Source: Octopus bimaculoides
Taxonomy: Eukaryota
Assembly: GCF_001194135.2 (NCBI RefSeq)
Contig: NC_068998.1
Span: 38,768,615-38,832,614, forward strand
Reading direction: 5' to 3'
DNA: 64,000 nucleotides
The position numbers were made by a program, and so were the translations under genes. The notes under the pieces are model-generated. The model was given only the letters and a program-made list of their open reading frames with translations, was not told the origin of the DNA and did no database searches. Shown piece after piece: positions 1-10,925 of this stretch. How positions within the stretch are numbered: position 1 is the first letter of the stretch; each line of letters begins with the position of its first letter.

Positions 1-725
1 GGTATGGCAATGACGATAATAAGTACTTACATTGAAGAGACATTAGATCAGAGATGAAGATGCTCTCACATCAGCATTGTGGATGCTGCAGGATCATTGT
101 TGCTGTTGTTGTTGTTGCTGTGGTCAATGTTATTGTGGTTATTCTATGATCCACCCACCCTTGTACACTGCACCTCCTACTCCTTCTCTTCCATCTCCCT
201 TTCGTTTTCATCTTTTTCTTCCTTTTTCTTCTCCTTCCTCTACTTTCAGTTTTGTTTCTTTTTTTGTTTCATATCTTTTCTCTGTTTTTTTTTTCTGATC
301 TTTGACTGCATCTGAATATTATGTACTTTTGCCATTTGCTTCCAGAATGCAATGTTATACACACGCACATGCACGTGTACACACACACACACACACATGT
401 ATATAGTGAAGACATGTATTAATATTTCACAGTTATTATAAAATATTTCTTTTGTGGAGTTGGAGCAACCATTTTAAACCATTAAAAAAAAATCCACACA
501 CACACACACACACATACACATACAAATCTATTATATAACCTATTCATATTTTGCTTATTTCTTGATAATACGAAATCTATTGTGTCAAAGTGTCTTGTCA
601 TGCTTCAGTAAGCACAACACTAACACACTTTCAATGCTTCTTAACAGAATTGTGGAACTGTGTCAGCGAAGAGCTTGAAGAAGTGTGACATAATAAACTG
701 TTCTATAAAGAAATATAAGAAAATG

Positions 726-888
726 GGTGCAAGCATGGCTGTGTGGTTAAGAAGTTTGCTTCCCAACCACATGGTTCTGGGTTCACTCCTGCTGCGTGGA
801 ATCTTGGGCAAGTGTCTTCTGCTATAGTCTTGGGCTGACCAAAAGCCTTGTATCATGGAAACTGAAAGAAGATCTGTGTGTGTGTGTA
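726..888 (+). mobile_element. SINE family A, 5' part (tRNA-like head plus CORE-like block)
   Basis: GGCTGTGTGGTTAAGAAG...GGTTCACTCC...CTTGGGCAAGTGTCTT...GGAAACTGAAAGAAG, matching many other copies in the window. Confidence 0.85.
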
Positions 889-942
889 ATTAAATGAGGC
901 AGCTAGTTAGTAGAGTTTTACCAAAAAGGAAAACAATAAATG

Positions 943-1207
943 TCATCAGGTGTCTTGGGGAAGTTTTGAACCTGGGTTCTCATTCCTAAAGTATTCTTCG
1001 ATGTTATTATTATTATTATTAATATTATTATTATTATTATTAATATTTTTATTATTCAGGTCACTGCCTGGAATTGAACTCGGAATCTTGGGGTTAGTAG
1101 CCCACACTCTTAACCACTACACCATATGCCCGAGGGCAATTATGGAGTGAATTTTAGGGCTTATAAATATCCGTCAAATGTAAATAATGTAAATAATGTA
1201 TATAATT
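943..1207 (-). mobile_element. tRNA-headed non-autonomous element, same family as 62741-62967; hammerhead truncated after CUGAUGA
   Basis: Minus strand has A-box TGGTGTAGTGG and B-box GAGTTCAATTCC (1057-1130), then (AAT)n, then a body matching 62846-62900, then GACAC-CTGATGA (954-943). The (TGTAAATAA)n terminal repeat lies in inverted orientation at 1165-1207. Confidence 0.75.
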
Positions 1208-1916
1208 CCTCATCTCTTAAATATAGAACAAGACGAGATGTTGCTAATTCTTCATCAGTTATTATCCAAAAGATCCTTACAATTTCAAGCCTTTAATGAT
1301 AATATTGTTCACTTTTGGTGATGCTTGCGGTGGGAAGCTGCTGGGAATAGTGAACAAACAGGGGGTGGGGTGGGGGCAGGGGTGAAAACAAACACAAAAT
1401 ATCAATATACAAACAAAATAAGGCCATGCAACAAGAGCATCAACAACAGCAATAATAATAAACAGAGAATTATCTCCTTCAGTTTCATACAAAGAGCACA
1501 ATCCCCTTAAAGTTCATAATTGCTTAGAATTTCTATTGAGCACACATGGGTCCTGAGACAAGATGAATATATGGGTAACACAGAGGAAAATGTGCTGTAG
1601 GATTTGAAGTGAAAAAGGGAACAGATGGAAAATCAGAACGAAAGATGGAAAAACGAACAGTGAAAAAAGCAAACCATCTTGAAAGTAGAGGAGACGAGAG
1701 AAGTGCGACTGATTGACTCAATGGTCAAGAGAAAAAGGAAATGGAAGAGAGAGATGAGAATGGCCACGGGTCATGTAACAGTAGGAGGAGAAAGAAAAAG
1801 AGGTGGAGGGTAGAGAGACAAAAAGTAACGGAGAGGAAAGTGGGTGAAGAAAGAGAGAAGGAAAGAGAGAGAGGAGGTAGGAAGGCAATATATATATATA
1901 TGTGTATGTATGTGTG

Positions 1917-2124
1917 TGTGTGTCTTTGTGTTTCTCCCCCACCACCACTTGGCAGCCAGTGTTGGTGTGTTTATGTCCCTCTATATTATTGGTTCAGCAA
2001 AAGAGAATAAGTACTAGGCTTTAAAAAAAATCAAGTACTGGGGGCAAGTTGTTTGACTAAAATTCTTCAAGGTGGTGCCCCAGCATGGCCACAGTCTAAT
2101 GACTAAAACAAGTAAAAGATGAAA
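1917..2124 (+). mobile_element. SINE family A, 3' part
   Basis: GTTGGTGTGTTTATGTCCC...AATAAGTACTAGGC...CCCAGCATGGCCACAGTC..ATGACTAAAACAAGTAAAAGA. Confidence 0.85.
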
Positions 2125-2295
2125 GATGCATATGGATATATATCCCTGTCATTGTATCACAGTCCCTGACCAGACTATTGGGTGTTGTTACACACTGCTG
2201 ATTACAGTGCACTTGGTTGCATTGTTGCACCTTTTGAATTGTGCCATCCTGCTGGCCAACATTCTCCCTGAATGGAAGGCAAATCCATCACAGAG

Positions 2296-2432
2296 TAACC
2301 CATTTACTGCTGAGTGGAGTATAAGTACTAGGCTTACAAAGAATAAGTCCTGGGGTTGATTTGCTCAACTAAGGTGGTGCTCCAGCATAGCTGCAGTCAA
2401 ATGACTGAAACAAGTAAAAGAATAAAAGAGTA
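2296..2432 (+). mobile_element. SINE family A, 3' part
   Basis: Same 3' motifs and GTAAAAGA tail. Confidence 0.8.
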
Positions 2433-2435
2433 AAA

Positions 2436-2469
<34 letters not shown>

Positions 2470-2489
2470 CATCATCATCATCATCATTA

Positions 2490-2671
2490 TCATCATCATC
2501 ATTTAACGTCCACTTTTCAAGCTAGCATGGGTTGGACGATTTGACTGGGGACTGGCAAAGCGGATGGCTGCATCAGGCTTCAATCTGATTTGGCAGAATT
2601 TCTACAGCTGGATGCCCTTCCTGATGCCAACCACTCCGAGAGTGTAGTGGGTGCTTTTTATGTGCCACCAG
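2490..2671 (-). mobile_element. SINE family C (RTE-like 3' tail ending in (GAT)n)
   Basis: CATCATCATTTAACGTCC..TTTCAAGCTAGCATGGGTTGGACG...CAGCTGGATGCCCTTCC...CCAACCACTCCGAGAGTGTAGTGGGTGC, shared by about 8 copies. Confidence 0.8.
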
Positions 2672-2872
2672 CATGTGTTTGTCCTCCCACCATCGCTTGA
2701 CAACCAATGCTGGTGTGTTTATGTCCCTGTAACTTAGCTGTTCAGCAAAAGAGACTGATAGAATAAATAGTAGACTTACCAAGAATAAGTCCTGGGGTTC
2801 ATCTATTTGACTAAAAGTGGTGCTCCAGAATGGCCACAGTCAAATGACTGAAACAAATAAAAGAGTAAAAGA
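2672..2872 (+). mobile_element. SINE family A, 3' part
   Basis: CCACCATCGCTTGACAACCAATGCTGGTGTGTTTATGTCCC... through the GTAAAAGA tail. Confidence 0.85.
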
Positions 2873-2974
2873 ATAGTTGAAAAACCAAAGATTTTAAAAT
2901 AGGCACAATTCATTTCGCAAAAGACTTTCCAAGAATGTCAGAACCATTGAAATCAACATTTAAAATAGAATTAA

Positions 2975-3343
2975 ACCTTTTATTATCATATTTCTATTGA
3001 AATGCATTGCCTTTGTTCCAGTTAATATTGAAAAGAGTGAAGAATATAGTAAAATACCTGTGTCATTATTAAGCCTTTAGCATTCAGTTTACTCTATCAA
3101 AAGCAGTTTTGAATTCATCAGGCATTATCCTGTAGCTTCAAGATTTCAATGATTTGATTGCTAAGTTTTAGAATGAATGGCATTGTAGGATAGATGTAAG
3201 AGGCTGAATCTAGTCAGTTTGGATGTAAAACAGGCAGAGTATTTTTGGCTGGATATGGTCAGTTTAAATGTTAGAGGGTTAAGCTGACGTTTGGAACATC
3301 ATTTAACATGAAATTTTGATGGAAGGTTTTAATTTAGATCACT
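2975..3343 (+). mobile_element. piggyBac-like MITE P1, copy 1 (interrupted)
   Basis: Starts after TTAA (2971-2974); internal sequence matches copy 2 at 3348-4208. Confidence 0.6.
3073..3278 (+). mobile_element. piggyBac-like MITE P2
   Basis: TTAA on both sides (3069-3072, 3279-3282); degenerate CCTTTAGCATT...AATGTTAGAGGG termini; second copy at 45247-45459. Confidence 0.75.
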
Positions 3344-3404
3344 TTAACCCTTTAGTTACCATATTTCTGTTGAAACACATTGCCTTTTTTTTTATATTCT
3401 TTTT

Positions 3405-4040
3405 TATTCTTTTATTAGTTTCGGTCATTTGACTGCGGCCATACTGGAGCACCACCTTTAGTCGAACAAATCGACCCCCATGACTTATTCTTTGCAAGCC
3501 TAGTACTTATTCTATCGGTCTCTTTTGCTGAACCACTAGGTTACGGGGACATAAACACACCAGCATTGGTTGTCAAGTGATGTTGGGGGGACAAACACAG
3601 ACACACATACATATTTATATATATATATATCACGTAAAAAACACCTTTTTGAGCGTGGCCATTGCCAGTACTGTGTGACTGACACTCGTGCCGGTGGCAC
3701 GTAAAAGCACCCACTACACTCTCAGAGTGGTTAGCGTTAGGAAGGGCATCCAGCTGTAGAATCTCTGCCAGATCAGATTGGAGCCTGGTGCAGCCTTCTG
3801 GATTACCAGTCCTCAGTTAAATCGTCCAACCCATGCTAGCATGGAAAGCGGACGTTAAACGATGATGGTGATATATATATGACGGGCTTCTTTCAGTTTC
3901 CATATACCAAATCCACTTACAAGGCTTTGGTCGGCCCGAGGCTACAGTAGAAAACAATAGCCCATGGTGCTACACAGTGGGACTGAACGCGGAACCATGT
4001 GGTTGGTAAGCAAGCTACTTACCACACAGCCACTCCTGTG
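3405..4040 (-). mobile_element. SINE family A, near full length, interrupted at 3631-3875
   Basis: Reverse complement of both head and tail of family A. Confidence 0.85.
3631..3875 (+). mobile_element. SINE family C inserted in the internal microsatellite of a family A SINE
   Basis: GTAAAAGCACCCACTACACTCTC...GGAAGGGCATCCAGCTGTAG...CATGGAAAGCGGACGTTAAACGATGATG. Confidence 0.85.
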
Positions 4041-4616
4041 CCTATAATTTTGTTAAGAATGAAGAAGTTAGTAAAATAACTTTCTCATTATTAAGCTGAT
4101 GTTTGGAACATAAATTAACATGAAATTTTGATGGAAGGTTATAATTTAACTTAGAAAGTTTGTGTAATACAACTAGTGGTTATCTGAGATGGGTTGGCAG
4201 CAAAAGGGTAAAAAGCTAATTTGCACAAATGAGTTGTTACAGTAATTAGAGGTATAAATATTTTACATTTATAATGAAAATAGTTTTGTTTTGTGTAAAA
4301 TGATTACTAAGAAAACTCAATAAAAGTGAAAGGAAAAAAGATCCGGCTTTGAGAAAACTTGCTAAATGCCAGGAGAAGTCTAGATTGGTGGGTTTATTGT
4401 GAACCAACAAAAGAGGGTTACTGGGGGCTTGTGGGATAATCACTCTGCAGACTTTGAGATTCTGGTGCAGCAAAGAAGGAGAGGCATAAATTCCATCCTT
4501 GAAATGAAACAGAATACTGGGGTGGAATTTTGGAGTCTGCTGCATAAGCCTGTATGGACACCGGATGATGAAGGGTGATGAAGGGTCACACACACACTAG
4601 CATTGAAAGTAATTTA

Positions 4617-5152
4617 TGAGGGTTAGTCAAAAAGTAGTGCCATTTTGTTTAGGACAGGTATAATTACCAACACAGGAACATGTATCATACATCAAAATGA
4701 AGCTGGTCCTCTGTGGATCACATCCCTACTTCTCAACATAGTCACCGTTTCTCTCAATAGCAATGTTCCACCTTCGAATGAGAGCATGTATCCCTGCCCC
4801 GTAAAATTCTGTTGACTGTTCTTTGAGCCACTTCTTCACCACAGTTTTCCCTTCCTCGTCACTGGAATAATGTTTGCCTCTCAAACCCTCCTTCATGGGG
4901 CCGAAGAGATGATAGTCCAGTGACGAGGAAGGGAAAACTGTGGTGAAGAAGTGGCTCAAAGAACAGTCAACAGAATTTTACATGCTCTCATTCGAAGGTG
5001 GAACATTGCTATTGAGAGAAACGGTGACTATGTTGAGAAGTAGGGATGTGATCCACAGAGGACCAGCTTCATTTTGATGTATGATACATGTTCCTGTGTT
5101 GGTAATTATACCTGTTCTAAACAAAATGGCATTACTTTTTGACTCACCCTCG
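4617..5152. mobile_element. Palindromic (foldback) mariner-derived MITE
   Basis: TA flanks (4615-4616, 5153-5154); arms 4617-4866 and 4916-5152 are reverse complements; minus strand encodes a mariner C-terminus (DYHLFGPMKEGLRGKHYSSDEE...RRWNIAIERNGDYVEK*). Confidence 0.9.
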
Positions 5153-6433
5153 TAGCTAGCCNNNNNNNNNNNNNNNNNNNNNNNNNNNNNNNNNNNNNNN
5201 NNNNNNNNNNNNNNNNNNNNNNNNNNNNNNNNNNNNNNNNNNNNNNNNNNNNNNNNNNNNNNNNNNNNNNNNNNNNNNNNNNNNNNNNNNNNNNNNNNNN
5301 NNNNNNNNNNNNNNNNNNNNNNNNNNNNNNNNNNNNNNNNNNNNNNNNNNNNNNNNNNNNNNNNNNNNNNNNNNNNNNNNNNNNNNNNNNNNNNNNNNNN
5401 NNNNNNNNNNNNNNNNNNNNNNNNNNNNNNNNNNNNNNNNNNNNNNNNNNNNNNNNNNNNNNNNNNNNNNNNNNNNNNNNNNNNNNNNNNNNNNNNNNNN
5501 NNNNNNNNNNNNNNNNNNNNNNNNNNNNNNNNNNNNNNNNNNNNNNNNNNNNNNNNNNNNNNNNNTATGTATGTCTGTATCTATCGATCCAGCAAACTAG
5601 CTATACATATATACATACATATTTATATATGTGCAGATGCATACAGAGACACGCACTCATATTTATATTTATATGTAGAGAACAAAATGATATGGCTGAG
5701 TGCATAAGGGTTTTGTCTACCAGCCTATTAGTTTGTGAGTTCAATATCAGTGCAAATACAGATCCTTTTTTTTTTTGTGAATCTCAGGGTAGGTACTGAA
5801 TCTAATATGTTCTGTGATCTGGAAGGCAGAGCTGTCTTTCATCTGCTTCCACAGAGACATAAGAAAAGAATTAAGAAAGGTCCCAGAAGAGTTATGCAGG
5901 GCTGATATTGAATTCCTTTGCGGTAACTGTGATAAGGCCACTAAACCTAATGGTGATCGTTACATTCCTCATTTAACCCCGTTTCCTGTGGGAGCATATG
6001 TAAACATGGCTCTCAATGTCACTCTGACCTTCACCGACAACCTTAGGGATTACAAGTCTAATGACTCACCCTAATGCACGCGCACATATGCACATACAAG
6101 CTCTCACACACACAAACAAAGATATATGTATATATATGTATATATAAATATACATATATATATATATGCATAGATAAATGCATAATGATAAACACGCATA
6201 GACAAATGCATGCAAAGACATATGCACAAATATACAAAGGTACAAACAAACACACAGATATACATATTAATGCTCACACACACATACCATACACAGGCCT
6301 TTATATCTATAGATCATCATCATCGTGCTTCAATGTCCATTTTCCATGATGGCATGGGTGTATACATATATATAACTATATATAGAGAGAGTGGGCCAAA
6401 AGTCAAACACCAAAACATTTGACATTTTATTTA

Positions 6434-6483
<50 letters not shown>

Positions 6484-6680
6484 CCACCACCACCATCACC
6501 ATCACCATCATCATCATCATCATTCATATTGTTCATCATGCACAAGTATGTGTATTTATCATTATTTTATATATTTTATTCAATTTTAGAAAAATTGAAG
6601 TATGTCTTTGACAATTCTGGATGGTGTACTGAACTCATTTTATTCATAACTTTTGGCTCACCTTGTATATACATACATAC

Positions 6681-6745
<65 letters not shown>

Positions 6746-7560
6746 NNNNNNNNNNNNNNNNNNNNNNNNNNNNNNNNNNNNNNNNNNNNNNNNNNNNNNN
6801 NNNNNNNNNNNNNNNNNNNNNNNNNNNNNNNNNNNNNNNNNNNNNNNNNNNNNNNNNNNNNNNNNNNNNNNNNNNNNNNNNNNNNNNNNNNNNNNNNNNN
6901 NNNNNNNNNNNNNNNNNNNNNNNNNNNNNNNNNNNNNNNNNNNNNNNNNNNNNNNNNNNNNNNNNNNNNNNNNNNNNNNNNNNNNNNNNNNNNNNNNNNN
7001 NNNNNNNNNNNNNNNNNNNNNNNNNNNNNNNNNNNNNNNNNNNNNNNNNNNNNNNNNNNNNNNNNNNNNNNNNNNNNNNNNNNNNNNNNNNNNNNNNNNN
7101 NNNNNNNNNNNNNNNNNNNNNNNNNNNNNNNNNNNNNNNNNNNNNNNNNNNNNNNNNNNNNNNNNNNNNNNNNNNNNNNNNNNNNNNNNNNNNNNNNNNN
7201 NNNNNNNNNNNNNNNNNNNNNNNNNNNNNNNNNNNNNNNNNNNNNNNNNNNNNNNNNNNNNNNNNNNNNNNNNNNNNNNNNNNNNNNNNNNNNNNNNNNN
7301 NNNNNNNNNNNNNNNNNNNNNNNNNNNNNNNNNNNNNNNNNNNNNNNNNNNNNNNNNNNNNNNNNNNNNNNNNNNNNNNNNNNNNNNNNNNNNNNNNNNN
7401 NNNNNNNNNNNNNNNNNNNNNNNNNNNNNNNNNNNNNNNNNNNNNNNNNNNNNNNNNNNNNNNNNNNNNNNNNNNNNNNNNNNNNNNNNNNNNNNNNNNN
7501 NNNNNNNNNNNNNNNNNNNNNNNNNNNNNNNNNNNNNNNNNNNNNNNNNNNNNNNNNNNN

Positions 7561-7605
<45 letters not shown>

Positions 7606-7651
7606 TACATGCGTATATATATATGTGTGTGTGTGTATGTGTTTGTGTGTG

Positions 7652-7695
<44 letters not shown>

Positions 7696-7919
7696 AGTTT
7701 AATGTTGAAGTGTCAAAGAGAAGAATGCTAAGTAACACAGAAGAGATTAATTATATTTCTATTTTGGTTAAGTCAGTCTCTTGCTACTCCAAGTTTATAC
7801 TGTGAGTGCATGTTCACGCACATGGCTGTATGCACATTCAGATGCACACACAAACACACATATGCATGTGCATGTACACAGATGATGATATACATTCATA
7901 CATACATACATACATAAAG

Positions 7920-8152
7920 AAAACACTTATCCTGAACTATTGAGAAATTTACAGTTACTCTACCTGGATTACAAGTTCAGGTTTATACCGGTAATTATTG
8001 GGGCACTGGTAAGTGTAACACACTGCCTATGCACCAATCTTGAGAAATTATGCTTCTCAAAACCAGCAGGAAGAAAGCTGATTCAAAGACTACAGATCCA
8101 AGCCATTATCAGAGCTGTAAACATTTGTAAAACTTTCCAGTTTATCATTTAA
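7920..8152 (+). mobile_element. Decayed 3' end of an RLE-type non-LTR retrotransposon (R4/HERO-like)
   Basis: LRNLQLLYLDYKFRFIPVIIGALVSV...LQIQAIIRAVNICKTF resembles the P(I/V)(I/V)IGALG C-terminal motif of RLE LINEs. Confidence 0.65.
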
Positions 8153-8451
8153 GTATATATGCATATGTCTAGACATGCAATTATGTGCATGAGAATGCAT
8201 ACATAAAATAAAACATATAAATCTGCACATGCACTGACTCCAAATACTGCTTATATACATACATATATATATACAAATACCCTATTGATGTTGGAGAAAT
8301 TGCAATGAAGGAGCCTTGGATCTAGATTAGAAACCGGCTCTTTCTCTTTTGACAAGAAATCTTGAAATAAAATTGAATAATGACATAGATACATATATTT
8401 ACATATCTGACAACATACATATATGATTTGCTATGCATGAAAACACACGTC

Positions 8452-8895
8452 AAGCTCAGTGAAATTGTAGTCGTCGCCAGTTAGCATGCCGGACACATTT
8501 TGTCAGTCTTTATGTTTGAGTTCAAATTCTGCCAAGATTGACATTGCATTTCATCCTTCTCGGGGTCAATAAAATAAGAACCAGTTTCTTATTTCTTTAC
8601 TGCCCACAAGGAGCTACACATAGAGGGGGAAAACAAGCACAGGCAAGGAGATTAAGTCGATTACATTGACCCCAGTGCGTAACTGGTACTTAATTTATCG
8701 ACCCCGAAAGGATGAAAGGCAAAGTCGACCTCAGCAGAATTTGAACTCAGAACATAACGGCAGACGAAATACTGCTAAGCATTTCGCCCAGCGTGCTAAC
8801 GTTTCTGTCAGCTCAGGGTTAGATGCAATTGACTTATCCCCTCCCCCAAAATTGCTGGCCTCGTATCAAAATTTGAAATTATTATTATTATTATT
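8452..8895 (+). mobile_element. SINE family B (Nin/Deu-like domain), split by an antisense copy
   Basis: Body 8452-8590 (GAGTTCAAATTCTGCC..TTTCATCCTTCTCGGGGTCAATAAAATAAG); tail 8815-8895 (CCCCCAAAATTGCTGGCC..AAAATTTGAAA(TTA)n). Confidence 0.75.
8590..8812 (-). mobile_element. SINE family B, full length
   Basis: Reverse complement of GAGCTGACAGAAACGTTAGCACGCTGGGCGAAATGCTTAGC...GTCGACTTTGCCTTTCATCCTTTCGGGGTCGATAAATTAAGTACCAG. Confidence 0.88.
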
Positions 8896-8904
8896 ATTAA
8901 TAAG

Positions 8905-9026
8905 GCGACCTTGAAAGGATGGAAGCAAAACCAACCTTAGTGGAATTTGAACTCAGAACTTTAGGATGGACAAAATGTCACTAGGCATTTTGTCTGGTGT
9001 ACTAATGACTCTGCCAGTTCACTGCC

Positions 9027-9082
<56 letters not shown>

Positions 9083-9520
9083 GATTTCAAATTTTGGTAT
9101 AAGGCCAGCAATTTCAGGGAAGGAATTAAGTCAATTACATTGACCCCAATGATCAACTGGTACTTATTTTATAGACCCCCGAAAGGATGAAAAGCAAAGT
9201 TGACCTCAGCAGAATTTGAACTCAGAACGTATGATCAAACATAATGCTGCTAAGCAGTTTGTCCAGTGTGCTAACGATTCTGCCAGCTTGCCCCCTTAAT
9301 AATAATAATAATAATAATAATAATCCCTTTCTACTAAAGGCACAAGGCCTGAAATTGTGGAGGAGGGGGCCAGTTGATCACTGGTACTTAACTTATTGAC
9401 CCCGAAAGGATGAAAGGCAAAGTTGACCTTCATGGAATTTGAACTCAGAATGTAGCAATGAGTGAAATACCCCTAAGCATTTCATCCAGCATGCTAATGA
9501 TTCTGCCAGTTCACCGCCTT
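8905..9520 (-). mobile_element. Three tandem family B SINEs (8905-9027, 9078-9298, 9322-9520) separated by (TAA)n
   Basis: Each carries GGATGAAAGGCAAAGT and GAATTTGAACTCAGAA and ends CCTT-(AAT)n on +. Confidence 0.85.
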
Positions 9521-9544
9521 AATAATGATGATAATAAAAACAAA

Positions 9545-9860
9545 AAATACAATCCCTTAAAATTTGAAATAGGAAGAATTTGGAACATTCAAACAGTAAA
9601 GGTCAAGCCTATAATAATTGGTGCATTTGGGAATAGTAAGCAAAGATACGAACAAATGGCTGAAGGAGATTGGAATAGAATCCTTGGTAGAGTTCCTGCA
9701 GAACATTTGTCTCTTAGGGGCAGCAAGGATTATCAGGAGGGTTCTAAGCACTTGAAAGGCTACTGAAAATTTGTGGATACTTAAGGTTACAGGTATTAAC
9801 CCGATACTCACATAATTCCTACCAGGAATAAGACCAAACCTGAGCCAAGCCAAAATAATA
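9545..9860 (+). mobile_element. R4/Dong-like LINE 3' end
   Basis: LKFEIGRIWNIQTVKVKPIIIGAFG, frameshift, then LQNICLLGAARIIRRVLST*, 3' UTR and short (AAT) tail. Confidence 0.8.
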
Positions 9861-9861
9861 A

Positions 9862-10082
9862 TGGTTTCAAATTTTGGCAAAAGGCCAGCAATTTTAGGAG
9901 GAGGGGGTTAATAGTTACAATTGACCCCACAACTGTGGTTAGTACTTTATTTTATCACCCCAGAAAGAATGGAAAATGAAAATGGCCTCAGTAGGGTTTG
10001 AACTCACAACATAAAGAGCCAGACGTAATACTACTAGGAATTTATTCCAATACTCTGATGAATCTGCCGACTTACCACCCTT
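9862..10082 (-). mobile_element. SINE family B, diverged
   Basis: TTTCAAATTTTGGCAAAAGGCCAGCAATTTT...GAACTCACAAC. Confidence 0.7.
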
Positions 10083-10099
10083 TCACCATCCCCTAATAA

Positions 10100-10435
10100 T
10101 ACATGCAGAAAAAGAGATAGCACAAACACACACCAAAAAAAAAAAGGTCTCAAAGAATAACAAAGTGATCAGACTCTGGGATATGTCAATTTATAGAGAG
10201 AAGGAGATTAAGGAAAAATTGTTTGGATATTATTGTTGAATTCCATCAGAAAAAAAGGAAATGTCATCTAATTGATGTACCAATTCCAAAAGATGACAAT
10301 ATATCTCTGAACGAAATGGAAAAATTATCCAAATATAAAGATTGCAATATACAGGAAACAAGAATATGGGGATTGGAAAGAGAAGCAATCCCTATAACAA
10401 TATTTGCCATGGGAATGAGAAAAAGAGATGTGGGC

Positions 10436-10441
<6 letters not shown>
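10100..10441 (+). mobile_element. R4/Dong-like LINE, RLE-domain fragment
   Basis: DIIVEFHQKKRKCHLIDVPIPKDDNISLNEMEKLSKYKD...IWGL..IPITI, the PD..D..EK..KY RLE motif. Confidence 0.8.

Positions 10442-10921
<480 letters not shown>

Positions 10922-10925
<4 letters not shown>

Larger units (their letters stand above)
3348..4208 (+). mobile_element. piggyBac-like MITE P1, copy 2 (interrupted by SINEs)
   Basis: TTAA-CCCTTT start at 3344; ends CAAAAGGG-TAAA at 4208. Confidence 0.65.

Noticed and set aside
608-647. GTAAGC...CTAAC...TTAACAG 40-nt mini-intron-like sequence
   Set aside because: Probably too short for a spliceosomal intron here, and the flanks show no convincing coding frame.
6391-7731. 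Long ORFs of 300-450 aa (also 10575-11846, 16461-17491, 45661-46377, 49349-50299)
   Set aside because: They run through N-gaps and (TA)n/(CA)n/(TAA)n tracts and are artefacts; only the R4 knuckle part of 10984-11949 is meaningful.
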